From Terriglobia bacterium (lineage in GTDB: Bacteria > Acidobacteriota > Terriglobia > JAJPHL01 > JAPKYU01): DNA of 64,000 nucleotides. Under the pieces are notes generated by a model, which was not told the DNA's origin, made no database searches, and saw only the letters and a program-made list of their open reading frames with translations. Below are positions 52,670 through 61,140 of the stretch, in pieces. The translations under genes and the position numbers were made by a program. The stretch covers positions 1 through 64,000 of the forward strand of contig CBDBKE010000001.1 of assembly GCA_965206645.1 (NCBI GenBank), written 5' to 3'. Position 1 is the first letter of the stretch. Every line of letters begins with the position of its first letter.

Positions 52670-53686
52670 CTATTCGTCTGGGACGATGCAAACGGTATCC
52701 TCACCACGGATGGGGATACCGTCAAAGGTTTCCGCCTCTAACACCGCAACTGATTGGCCCACCTCGATCATGAACTGTGCAGTGTGGACCTGGCAGACCA
52801 GATCAATTAGCCCATTCCCATTGACGTCCTCTTCATGGCAGAGGAACTTATCGCTCGTGCCCACCATTTTGATGCTGGCCCCTGCAAGAGCAATGGTGTC
52901 CAGATCGACCTCCTCGGGCGCATTGAAATTCGGCGTGCTTAGAATCGCCACAGGGATCACGCCAGCGGAGCCGAGGTCGATGCTATTGGGATCGCTACCC
53001 GGCTTGATGTCGATGGTCACGGTCAAGGCCCCAAACTTGAATTGGGTCACGAGTCCCTGGGTGTCATTATCACCAGTTGTTGCATTAACACTATCGGGGC
53101 CACCAGGAAACAGACGAGAAACCCCATCCGCTCCCTAGGAATGCACATCAAAAAAAGTTGTGAAGACGGGCGAAAAGTTTCTCACATCGAGCAACAGGTT
53201 GCCCTGAGCCTTGTCATAAAGGAATGGAGTCGTCAAGTTTACCAGGATATCAAAATCTTTTGGCCCTCCGGTAGGTCCTGTGAAGGAACTAGAAAGGGCA
53301 AGGGCGCCATTAAAGGCCACGGTATTGTCGGCCCCGACGTTATTTGCAAGCGTAGTGTCTAATCCGTCCACTGGCAGTGTCGTTGTGGACAGGTCGATTT
53401 GAATGTTCGGGATCGTCGAGGAGAACGCGATACCAAAGGTCGCATCAGGGCGAAAGCCAAGCTGCGTGATAAGAATAGGACCCGCAGGAAACTCGGAGCT
53501 GCTGTAAACTTGCTGATAGCGCATCGAAATCCAGAACAGGCTAAATGGAATAGCGTTATTACTATTGCCCTCTACCGTCGCCAGGGAATTGGGGACAACG
53601 ATAGGCTCAGCCTGCGCTACCCCCGAGAGCAGACCTAGCACGAGAATCCAAACAAAAACTCCTAACCTGCTCCGCCGGAATTTCAT
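52670..53686 (-). pseudogene. Secreted protein (signal peptide; C-terminal 'IDIKPGSDPNSI' domain) interrupted by a single in-frame TAG at 53135-53137
   Basis: ORFs 53135-53686 and 52670-53050 are in the same frame, and the 28 intervening codons are open. Confidence 0.7.
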
Positions 53687-53744
53687 CTATTTCCCCTTTC
53701 TGGGTTTGCCGCTTCCTTCCAAAGCCAGCTAGCCCGGCCAAGCC

Positions 53745-53825
53745 GAGGTTTCCCAGGTTATAGGCAATGATGGTCAGCCACAGTCGCACCTCGTTGGACC
53801 GGGACCGATGACAAGTCAGCATACG
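53745..53825 (-). mobile_element. IS1380-family transposase remnant
   Basis: 'LTCHRSRSNEVRLWLTIIAYNLGNL' resembles the IS1380 C-terminal signature. Confidence 0.6.
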
Positions 53826-53993
53826 ACGCCGGCCAGGAGCGTTGTCAGTAGGGCAAAAGTCTTATTAGCACCATAGGGACTTCTTCTGGATAGCATCGCG
53901 GCTCGCTTGCTCTGTTCCGCTGACTGGTCTGCTCTGTTCCTGCCTCCCGCCTCGGATAGGTCCCCAGAAACGGGCTAGCGTTTATCAATCCCG

Positions 53994-54229
53994 TTTCAGT
54001 TGTGCCATATAGTCGGCTTATCGGAAACTGACCCATTATCCGCAACTGCGGCCCTGGACTATAATCAGCTGGGGATGCAGGTTAGCGAGATTTTCTTCTC
54101 CATTCAGGAAGAACCCACCTTTGCCGGCGCGCCCTGCGTGTTCGCGCGGCTCACCGCATGCAACCTGCGCTGCTCCTGGTGCGATACGGAGTACGCCTTT
54201 TACGACGGCCAGCTCATGAAGCTGGACGA
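53994..54229 (+). repeat. Diverged copy 1 of a ~235-bp direct repeat (queE promoter plus first ~52 codons; truncated pseudo-queE)
   Basis: Aligns by eye with 57066-57300; includes CNLRCSWCD but has QG->QE and ES->EP changes and an early stop at 54246-54248. Confidence 0.9.
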
Positions 54230-54473
54230 CGGCATAGGAAAACACTAACCGACTACGGAGGACTAATCTGCCAAGTCTGAGCCAACTCTTGCCGTTTCAG
54301 AGAATTATTGAGGAAAATCTGAAACGGCAGAATCCGCGCAGGCGCAGTAACGCGTCCCTACCCGCCGGCGAGTTTCCCGCCGAGATAACCGCTGGGCGCC
54401 GCCGGGTTATGCCGGCTGTCCGGGTTCTTCGAGCACCGGTTGCCTTCTTATTACGTATCGCAGCTTCCATCGG

Positions 54474-54502
54474 TTGACAGATATGAATGGTTTTGGTAGC
54501 AT
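54474..54502 (+). promoter_or_regulatory. Sigma70 promoter TTGACA-17nt-TAGCAT driving a probably leaderless transcript
   Basis: TTGACA 54474-54479, TAGCAT 54497-54502; ATG at 54509 after a 6-nt gap; no Shine-Dalgarno. Confidence 0.75.
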
Positions 54503-54508
54503 CAACTC

Positions 54509-54832
54509 ATGTTCCACAGCGTAATGCGGTGGGCATTTGCGGGGGTCTTCTTCGCCACAGCCTCCTGTGCTCAGGTCTGTTCGGAGATTGGTTTGCAAGG
54601 GCAGTCCGCGTCTGCTTGCTCGCATGAGCAGTCAGGGAAAGAGCAGCCGGGAGACAATCAGTGCAAAGCTTGCATGCAAGGGCACTTTTTCCAAGAATCA
54701 AAGGTGAAGATGGATTGTCCGACCGGGACATCATTGGAGCCGGCGGATAGCATCACTGCGCTTCTCGCGCCGGCGAGGAAGTTACCCGCCAACGAACCCG
54801 CGTTATTCACGCCTCTCGTCTTGCGCATTTAG
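54509..54832 (+). CDS. Cys/His-rich small protein, putative metal-responsive leader ORF (DUF2946-like architecture)
   Basis: Hydrophobic N-terminus, CAQVC, CSH, CKAC, Pro-rich tail ending PLVLRI. Confidence 0.65.
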   Translation: MFHSVMRWAFAGVFFATASCAQVCSEIGLQGQSASACSHEQSGKEQPGDNQCKACMQGHFFQESKVKMDCPTGTSLEPADSITALLAPARKLPANEPALFTPLVLRI

Positions 54833-54931
54833 CGATTCGCTTCCTTTCTGCGTTCGTTTTCTAGAAAAAGGTTCCGGTTTAACGGCCGGAGTCGTTCGTC
54901 TCTTCTAGGCTTTCTTTTCGGGAGGAGTGCG

Positions 54932-55918
54932 ATGACTCTTCTGTATGCAGATCATCTGGATCAAGCGGGTTCCTTCGCGCGTCATCGGCCTCCGCGGCAG
55001 CGCCTAATCCTGCTGGCGTTTCTCGCGGCTGGAATAGCGCCCTGCGCGTTCTCGCAAGGACCGATGCCGGAAGAAGGAGCTACCCTGTTCCCGAGCGGCG
55101 CGTTCATTTCCTACAGTTCGATCTTTACGACGGGCAGGTTCGAACCGGGCACAGACTCGGATACCCCCGGAGCGAGAACCCGTCCCACTTTCCAGCACGA
55201 GGTCCCGCTCACCTTCAGCATGTCCTTACGCCGGGACGTCCAATTCACCGCCGTTGTGCCGATCGTGACGAAGCGGGTGAAGTTGCCCGATACCGAATTC
55301 GGCGGTACGGGGCTGGGAGACGCCCTGGTATCGCTGAAGTACCGTTTCCTCCGGCGGGATTCGGAGCGCGGCACTACGCAAGCGGCCGTGACCGTTGGCC
55401 CCAAGCTGCCGACGGGAGCAACCGGCCAGCGGGATTCCCAAGGCAGCCTGCTGCCCATTCAACTCCAGCCGGGCTCTGGCTCGACCGATTTTTTCGTCAA
55501 GGTAAACGGCACCCACACGGGTCTTTTCAATCTTCGTCGCCTCGTTGCGGATGCTTCCTTTAGCTATTTGTTTCGAACGGAAGGAAGCCGGGATACCCGG
55601 CTCGGAAACGCGATGGTAGCGCGCCTTTGGTTGCCTTACCGCCCGTACCAAGCCAAAACTCTGGGGGCTGAATGGTTCCTCGGTCCCTCTCTGACCTGGC
55701 AGCATCGGGATCGAGACCGGCAGTCAGGCGTCCGGCAGCTTTTTACGGGGGGAGACTCCCTGACTCTGGGATTCACATCGTACGTGAGCCCCGTGGAAGG
55801 GTTGGTTTTCTGGGTCGGCCTGGAGTTTCCAATCTACCAAAACAGCAATGGGGCGCCGCATGAGCTGTCGCGACGGATCAATGTGGGCGTGACCAAACAA
55901 TTCGTTCTGCGTCCCTGA
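54932..55918 (+). CDS. Putative outer-membrane beta-barrel 'transporter' (MetA-pathway/phenol degradation-like family)
   Basis: Signal-like segment, 'GTGLGD...LKYRF', 'GPKLPTG', 'QPGSGSTD', amphipathic strands; GGAGG RBS. Confidence 0.75.
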   Translation: MTLLYADHLDQAGSFARHRPPRQRLILLAFLAAGIAPCAFSQGPMPEEGATLFPSGAFISYSSIFTTGRFEPGTDSDTPGARTRPTFQHEVPLTFSMSLRRDVQFTAVVPIVTKRVKLPDTEFGGTGLGDALVSLKYRFLRRDSERGTTQAAVTVGPKLPTGATGQRDSQGSLLPIQLQPGSGSTDFFVKVNGTHTGLFNLRRLVADASFSYLFRTEGSRDTRLGNAMVARLWLPYRPYQAKTLGAEWFLGPSLTWQHRDRDRQSGVRQLFTGGDSLTLGFTSYVSPVEGLVFWVGLEFPIYQNSNGAPHELSRRINVGVTKQFVLRP

Positions 55919-55942
55919 GGATGCAGGTACAGGAGGCAAACA

Positions 55943-56476
55943 ATGAAACGGAAGAGTTTCCTTTGGGCTGTGATGCTCGTGAGCGCTTGGATCCCGGCCC
56001 TATCCGCCGGAATTGACCGCGTGGAAATGCGCGTGCAAGGGATGACCTGAAATTTCTGAGCCTACGGGGTGCAACAGCACCTTCAACGCCTGGATGGCGT
56101 TGCGAAAGCCGAAGTCAGTTTGCTCGACGGGCGTGTTACTGTTTTTCCCAAGCCAGGCGCCGCGCTCGATCCCTCTCGAATTTTGAAGGCCGCTTACGAC
56201 AGCGGGGTCTCCGTTGTAGAAATGGAAATGACAGCCTCCGGGTCCTTGCAGGACTCGGGGCAAGGCCTGGTTTTCCGCCCGACCTCGCAGCAGTCGTTCG
56301 CGGTCAACCCCAATGCGCTCACGGAGAAATTTAAGCCTCTGGGAAGCTCCGGCCGGGACGTTTCGATCCGGGCGCGGCTTTACCAGGCTCCCCCCGGCGG
56401 GGCGAAATCAAAGGATCCTCCGAAGGGCCTGAAGCCGGCGAAGGACCTGAAGCTGGAAGTCCTGGAGATCCACTAG
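55943..56476 (+). CDS. Secreted heavy-metal-associated (HMA) domain protein with two in-frame TGA codons (GMT-U-NF-U): candidate UxxU selenoprotein, 177 aa
   Basis: AGGAGG at 55931-55936, ATG 55943. MKRKSFLWAVMLVSAWIPALSA|GIDRVEMRVQGMT*NF*AYG continues in frame into ORF 56069-56476 (VQQHLQRLDGVAKAEVSL). TGA at 56048-56050 and 56057-56059. Confidence 0.85.
56066..56102 (+). promoter_or_regulatory. Two tandem in-CDS hairpins, candidate bacterial SECIS elements
   Basis: GGGGTGC-AACA-GCACCTT (56066-56083) and CAACGCC-TGGAT-GGCGTTG (56084-56102), just 3' of the two TGAs. Confidence 0.55.
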
Positions 56477-56488
56477 GAGAGTTGCCCC

Positions 56489-57025
56489 ATGGCGGTTGCA
56501 AAGATGCTCGTCCTTCTTCTGCCTGCCTTCCTGTTGCAGCTTGCCTTCGCTGCATGCAGCCGGTCCCCTCCCTCCCCGCAATTGGGGCACGGCACGATGA
56601 ATATGGAAATTCAGCCCAAAGAGCTATCGCGCCTACCCTCGTTCGCATTCAAGGACCTCTCGGGGCATGTAGTTTCTTCGGATCAGTTTTCCGGAAAGGT
56701 GCTACTCGTGGATGTCTGGGCCACTTGGTGCCCGCCCTGCAAGCAGGAGATGCCGTGGTTCCAGGAGCTTTACGAACAGTACCGCGACCAGGGACTCGAA
56801 GTGATCGGGATTTCCATTGACCCGAATCCTGCCGATGCCCGCCGATTTACCCAGGAACTCGGAATCACCTACACGCTGCTTCACCATCCCGAGGTAATGC
56901 AGGAATGGGGGTTGCTGGGCCTCCCGACGACCCTCGTCGTGGACCGCGAGGGAAGCATCCGCGGGAAGATTGTGGGTTTTGATTACAAGGAAACGTTCGA
57001 AGCGGCTTTGAAGGAGTTGCTCTAG
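56489..57025 (+). CDS. TlpA/ResA-like thiol-disulfide oxidoreductase lipoprotein
   Basis: Lipobox FAAC, WATWCPPCKQEMP, GLPTTLVVDR. Confidence 0.92.
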   Translation: MAVAKMLVLLLPAFLLQLAFAACSRSPPSPQLGHGTMNMEIQPKELSRLPSFAFKDLSGHVVSSDQFSGKVLLVDVWATWCPPCKQEMPWFQELYEQYRDQGLEVIGISIDPNPADARRFTQELGITYTLLHHPEVMQEWGLLGLPTTLVVDREGSIRGKIVGFDYKETFEAALKELL

Positions 57026-57065
57026 ATCGGTGGTAGCGACAATTCTGTTCTGAACTAGTTGGCAA

Positions 57066-57300
57066 TTTCAGTTGGACGAGTAGTCGGCTTACCGGAAACT
57101 GAGCCGTTATCCGCAACGGCGGCCCTGGGCTATAATCAGCTTGGGATGCAGGTTGCCGAGATTTTCTTCTCCATCCAGGGAGAATCCACCTTTGCCGGCG
57201 AGCCCTGCGTGTTCGTGCGGCTCACCGCGTGCAACCTGCGCTGCTCCTGGTGCGACACCGAGTACGCTTTTTACGACGGCCAGCCCATGGAGCTGGACGA
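57066..57300 (+). repeat. Copy 2 of the queE 5' direct repeat (intact copy)
   Basis: Aligns with 53994-54229; contains TATAAT at 57131-57136. Confidence 0.9.
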
Positions 57301-57787
57301 GGTGCTCCGTCGGGTGAGCACCTATCCGGCGCGACTGGTGGAAATCACCGGCGGCGAGCCCATGCTTCAGGAGGGAGAAGTGCTGCCCCTGATGGCGCGC
57401 CTGCTGGAGCAGGGCTACCGGGTGCTGCTGGAAACCAGCGGGGAACGCTTCCTGGGCCGGGTCCCGCCCGAGGTCGTCAAGGTGATGGACGTCAAGTGCC
57501 CCGGCTCGGGCGAAGCGGAAAAATTCTGCTTCGAGAATCTGCAAGTACTGTCACCAAGTGACGAAGTGAAATTCGTGCTGGCGGACCGTCCCGATTACGA
57601 GTTCGCTTGCCAGTTCCTCCAGCGTCACGGGTTATGCGGCAAAGTGCGGGCCGTGATCTTCTCGCCGGTCTTCGGGCAACTGGAGCCACGCCAGCTCGCC
57701 GAATGGATCCTGGCCGATGGCTTAGACGTTCGCCTCGGACTCCAATTGCACAAATTCATCTGGGACCCGGCGATGCGGGGAGTTTAA
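57146..57787 (+). CDS. queE: 7-carboxy-7-deazaguanine synthase (radical SAM)
   Basis: EIFFSIQGES, CNLRCSWCDT, ITGGEP, LETSG, MDVKCPGSG, QLHK; next to queC. Confidence 0.93.
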   Translation: MQVAEIFFSIQGESTFAGEPCVFVRLTACNLRCSWCDTEYAFYDGQPMELDEVLRRVSTYPARLVEITGGEPMLQEGEVLPLMARLLEQGYRVLLETSGERFLGRVPPEVVKVMDVKCPGSGEAEKFCFENLQVLSPSDEVKFVLADRPDYEFACQFLQRHGLCGKVRAVIFSPVFGQLEPRQLAEWILADGLDVRLGLQLHKFIWDPAMRGV

Positions 57788-57905
57788 CGAGCGCGACGTG
57801 CTGAATGCACCATGCGGCATAGCAGCGCGCTGGATAGCAGTGCCGGCCGGGCCAGCAATGGCCAGGAAAGCGGATGCGGGGAAGTCTCGCGGAGGAGCTT
57901 AAGCC

Positions 57906-58646
57906 TTGGCCACACCGAAAGCGGCCAGACCTAAAGCGGTCGTCTTACTCAGCGGCGGGATGGATAGCTGCGTGACGGCCGCCGTCGCACGGGCCGAGGG
58001 CTACCGCCTGGCGCTGCTGCACAGCAGTTACGGGCAACGGACTGAGGCCCGCGAACGTCTCACGTTTGAACAGATGGCAGATTTTTATTCTTCATTGGAG
58101 CATGAGGAGGTCCCCCGCCTAGTCATCGAGCAGCGCTACTTGGCGCGGATCGGCGGCTCAAGCCTGACCGAGGCCGGCATCCCGGTCAGCCCGGCCAAGC
58201 TCGACTCGGCTGAAATTCCCACCAGCTACGTTCCCTTCCGCAACGCGCATTTCCTGGCGGTGGCAGTCTCCTGGGCCGAGGTTCTCGAGGCAACGCGCAT
58301 CTATGTCGGGGCAGTCGCCGCCGACAGTTCTGGGTATCCCGACTGCCGCCCGGAGTATTACCGCGCCTTTCAGCAGGTGGCGGAGCTCGGCACGCGGCCG
58401 GAAACGAAGCTGGAAATCGTCGTTCCACTCGTCCGGCTGCACAAGCACGAGATTGTGAAGAAGGGGATTGAATTAGGCGCACCTCTTCATCTAAGCTGGT
58501 CTTGTTACCAAGGTAGCGACAGAGCTTGCGGTGTGTGCGATAGCTGCGCGTTGCGCCTGAGGGCTTTCGAACAGGCCGGGGTGGAAGACCCGATCCCGTA
58601 CGAGCGGAAGCCTTCTTACTCAACTGCCCCGCAGGTGCCTCACTAA
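57906..58646 (+). CDS. queC: 7-cyano-7-deazaguanine synthase
   Basis: LSGGMDS, YGQR, YVPFRN, GYPDCR, WSCY...CGVCDSC. Confidence 0.95.
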   Translation: MATPKAARPKAVVLLSGGMDSCVTAAVARAEGYRLALLHSSYGQRTEARERLTFEQMADFYSSLEHEEVPRLVIEQRYLARIGGSSLTEAGIPVSPAKLDSAEIPTSYVPFRNAHFLAVAVSWAEVLEATRIYVGAVAADSSGYPDCRPEYYRAFQQVAELGTRPETKLEIVVPLVRLHKHEIVKKGIELGAPLHLSWSCYQGSDRACGVCDSCALRLRAFEQAGVEDPIPYERKPSYSTAPQVPH

Positions 58647-58703
58647 GGCCTGTCCCGCACCACAGGCGGTTCGCTAGCCTGACGGAACAGCAACGGAGGA
58701 ATT

Positions 58704-59831
58704 ATGCGGAAGCGTGATCTTCTGATCTTGTTGGCTGTGCTTGGCTGGGCGGTCAGTTTTTGTGTTCCCGCACACGCCCAGTTCGCCAGGATGACGGGCG
58801 TAGTGAAGGGGAGTGATGGCCAGCCCGTCGCCGGCGCTCAGATCCTCATCGAGAACATCGACAGGAATTTAACTGCCAAGGTTAAGACCAACAAGAATGG
58901 CCGTTTTCTCCATGCCGGACTCACAGCCTTCAACCGCCATAACGTGACCCTCTTCGTCAATGGGCGGAAACGGAGCACGCGGCCAGGCATAGCGCTGGGA
59001 GGGCCGGGCTCCGAGACGACAGTTGATTTCGACTTGCAGGCGTCCCGCAGGCGGGCAGGCGGCCGAGCAGGCGGAAGTACGGCCCTCACCGCGAAACAGC
59101 GTAAGGAACTCGAGAAGCAACTCGACAAGGAGAATGTTGAGCGGGGCAAGATGGGGCAGCTCAATAAGGCCTTCGGCGATGGAGTGGCAGCGCTGAGGAT
59201 CCGAAATTACGACTTGGCCATCGCCCAGTTGGAAGAAGCGGCACAGTTGGGCCCCCGGCAACCCCCCGTGCTTGCGCATCTGGGGGAAGCCTACTTGGAA
59301 GCGGGCAAAGCCAGGCGCGGCACGGAATCCCGGGAGCTTTTTCAAAAGTCCGTCGAGGCTTACGGGAAGGCTGTTGCCTTGAAGCCGGAGGAGCCTGGCT
59401 ATCACAACAACTTTGGATTGGCCCTGGCTTTTTCGGGTGACTTGGAGCGGGCCGAGGAGGAACTGAGCAAATCCGCTGAGCTTGACCCCTCTAATGGCGG
59501 CCGTTACTTTTTCAACCTGGGCGCCGTGCTGACCAACAATGCCCAGATCAAGGGGGCTGTCCTGGCCTTCCGCAAGGCCACCGAGCTCGACCCCAAATAC
59601 TCGATGGCCTGGTATCAGCTTGGCGTGTCGTTGAGCGCTGAAGCCACTCTGGATGAGAAGACCGGCAAGATCACCCCGGTCCCCGGCACGGTGGAAGCCC
59701 TGCAGAAGTACATCGAATTGGAGCCGACTGGGGCCTACGCCGCAGGCGCCAAGTCCTTGATTGAATCGTTTGACGCCAAGATTGAGACCCAGTTCAAGAA
59801 GGAGAAGAAAAAGAGGCGCCGGCGGCGGTAG
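58704..59831 (+). CDS. Secreted carboxypeptidase-regulatory-like domain plus TPR protein
   Basis: Signal peptide, 'G.V...DGQPVAGA.I', multiple TPR units (YHNNFGLAL, YFFNLGAVL, AWYQLGV). Confidence 0.85.
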   Translation: MRKRDLLILLAVLGWAVSFCVPAHAQFARMTGVVKGSDGQPVAGAQILIENIDRNLTAKVKTNKNGRFLHAGLTAFNRHNVTLFVNGRKRSTRPGIALGGPGSETTVDFDLQASRRRAGGRAGGSTALTAKQRKELEKQLDKENVERGKMGQLNKAFGDGVAALRIRNYDLAIAQLEEAAQLGPRQPPVLAHLGEAYLEAGKARRGTESRELFQKSVEAYGKAVALKPEEPGYHNNFGLALAFSGDLERAEEELSKSAELDPSNGGRYFFNLGAVLTNNAQIKGAVLAFRKATELDPKYSMAWYQLGVSLSAEATLDEKTGKITPVPGTVEALQKYIELEPTGAYAAGAKSLIESFDAKIETQFKKEKKKRRRRR

Positions 59832-59918
59832 GCGGGTTCGGGATTCTCCGTTTCGAGGGACAGCCGGGCGCCCGACCGGGACCGAAAGGGAAGGTCTGGC
59901 GCTTGGCATGTTGGTTTT

Positions 59919-60176
59919 ATGGGATTGTTGCTTCGGGTTGTCTTCTTTGGCCTTTTACTGTTCTTCCTCTTCTATCTCTACAGGAAGTTGGTGGGCTTCC
60001 TGCGCCTGTCTTCCGCTTCCTCCAGTTCGCCCCCTCCGATCACCGGGCAGGTCCACAAGGACCCGCAGTGCGGCATCTACGTAGCCGAGGAGTTGGCGCT
60101 GAAAGCGCCAGTCCGCGGTCAGCAATACTACTTCTGCTCTGCCGAATGCCGCGATCGCTTCCGGGCGGAAGGGTAG
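59919..60176 (+). CDS. Membrane-anchored YHS/TRASH domain protein
   Basis: TM helix, then KDPQCGIYV...YYFCSAECRDRF. Confidence 0.8.
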   Translation: MGLLLRVVFFGLLLFFLFYLYRKLVGFLRLSSASSSSPPPITGQVHKDPQCGIYVAEELALKAPVRGQQYYFCSAECRDRFRAEG

Positions 60177-60304
60177 CGCCCCCTGCAGCTATCAGAATTC
60201 CGCTCTTAGAGCGGGATATCCAACGCCCCCCCACACATCAAGCGCCGGCCACGGAACGCCGCATTGACGGGCTGGCGGTGGGGCACGTAACATAGCAGCA
60301 GCCC

Positions 60305-60715
60305 ATGGCGGAGCGACGGCAAGCGGTCGCAATTCCCGACAAGCTTTACTTCCGTATTGGAGAAGTTTGCAAGCTGACCCGTACGCACGCCTACGTCCTT
60401 CGCTTTTGGGAAAAGGAATTCCCGATGCTGAAGCCGGTGAAGAGTTCCACTGGACATCGCATGTACCGGCGCAAGGACGTGGAACTGGTATTGGAAATCA
60501 AAAAGCTCCTCTACCAGGAAGGCTTTACCATCGAGGGCGCCCGCAAAAAGCTGCGTACGGAAACTAAGCAGCAGAAGATTGCCTTTCCGGGCCCTGACCT
60601 GGCGCGACCAAAACCGGATCAACAAAAGCTGCGGCAAATCCGGCAGGAACTCGACGAATTGCTGCACCTGCTGAAGCGTCCGCAAACGGCGTTGGATACG
60701 GGCAACAGATCCTGA
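60305..60715 (+). CDS. MerR-family HTH regulator
   Basis: [36 protein letters not shown]. Confidence 0.9.
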   Translation: MAERRQAVAIPDKLYFRIGEVCKLTRTHAYVLRFWEKEFPMLKPVKSSTGHRMYRRKDVELVLEIKKLLYQEGFTIEGARKKLRTETKQQKIAFPGPDLARPKPDQQKLRQIRQELDELLHLLKRPQTALDTGNRS

Positions 60716-60786
60716 CTAGGTGACCGCCAGACGCTATGACTTCTTGCGTTTGCTTTTTCTTTTCTTTCTAAAGAACACTCCAAAGG

Positions 60787-61140
60787 CTAAGGAATACTCC
60801 ACAGGAAATAGCCCGCAAGAGTTGTTCCAATAATTGCGGCGCCATAGCAGAGGGGGTTGATCATTTCACTCAGGTGTTTGATCTGCAACCCATCGTAGAG
60901 GGTGTAGCGGAACCGATGCGCCCAGTGGAAAAGCAGCAACGAGCAGAGAACGAATAAATAGATTCGCCCCAAGGGATGTCCGGCCAAAGCCAGCGCTCTT
61001 TCGTAGCTCGGTGTCTCCAGCCAACCCAGCGGAAACGCAATGCCAGAGAGGAGCAGGTGGACCGGAATCAGAAATGCAGCTACCACGCCGCCGGCGCTGA
61101 ACAGGGTCCACAGAAACGGTTCCAGCGGTCTTTTCGGCAT
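60787..61140 (-). CDS. frdD: Fumarate reductase subunit D
   Basis: EPFLWTLFSAGG, FHWAHR, CYG. Confidence 0.85.
   Translation of the reverse strand: MPKRPLEPFLWTLFSAGGVVAAFLIPVHLLLSGIAFPLGWLETPSYERALALAGHPLGRIYLFVLCSLLLFHWAHRFRYTLYDGLQIKHLSEMINPLCYGAAIIGTTLAGYFLWSIP

Noticed and set aside
56048-56059. Genome-wide reassignment of TGA (Trp/Gly) as the explanation for the two in-frame TGAs
   Set aside because: TGA is the normal stop for many genes in the same segment (e.g. 17519-17521, 55916-55918, 50529-50531), and Trp is encoded by TGG in this very gene.
57146-58646. 7-deazaguanine DNA-modification (dpd) defence system
   Set aside because: Only queE and queC in a housekeeping-like context; no dpdA/tgtA5 or other dpd genes in the window.
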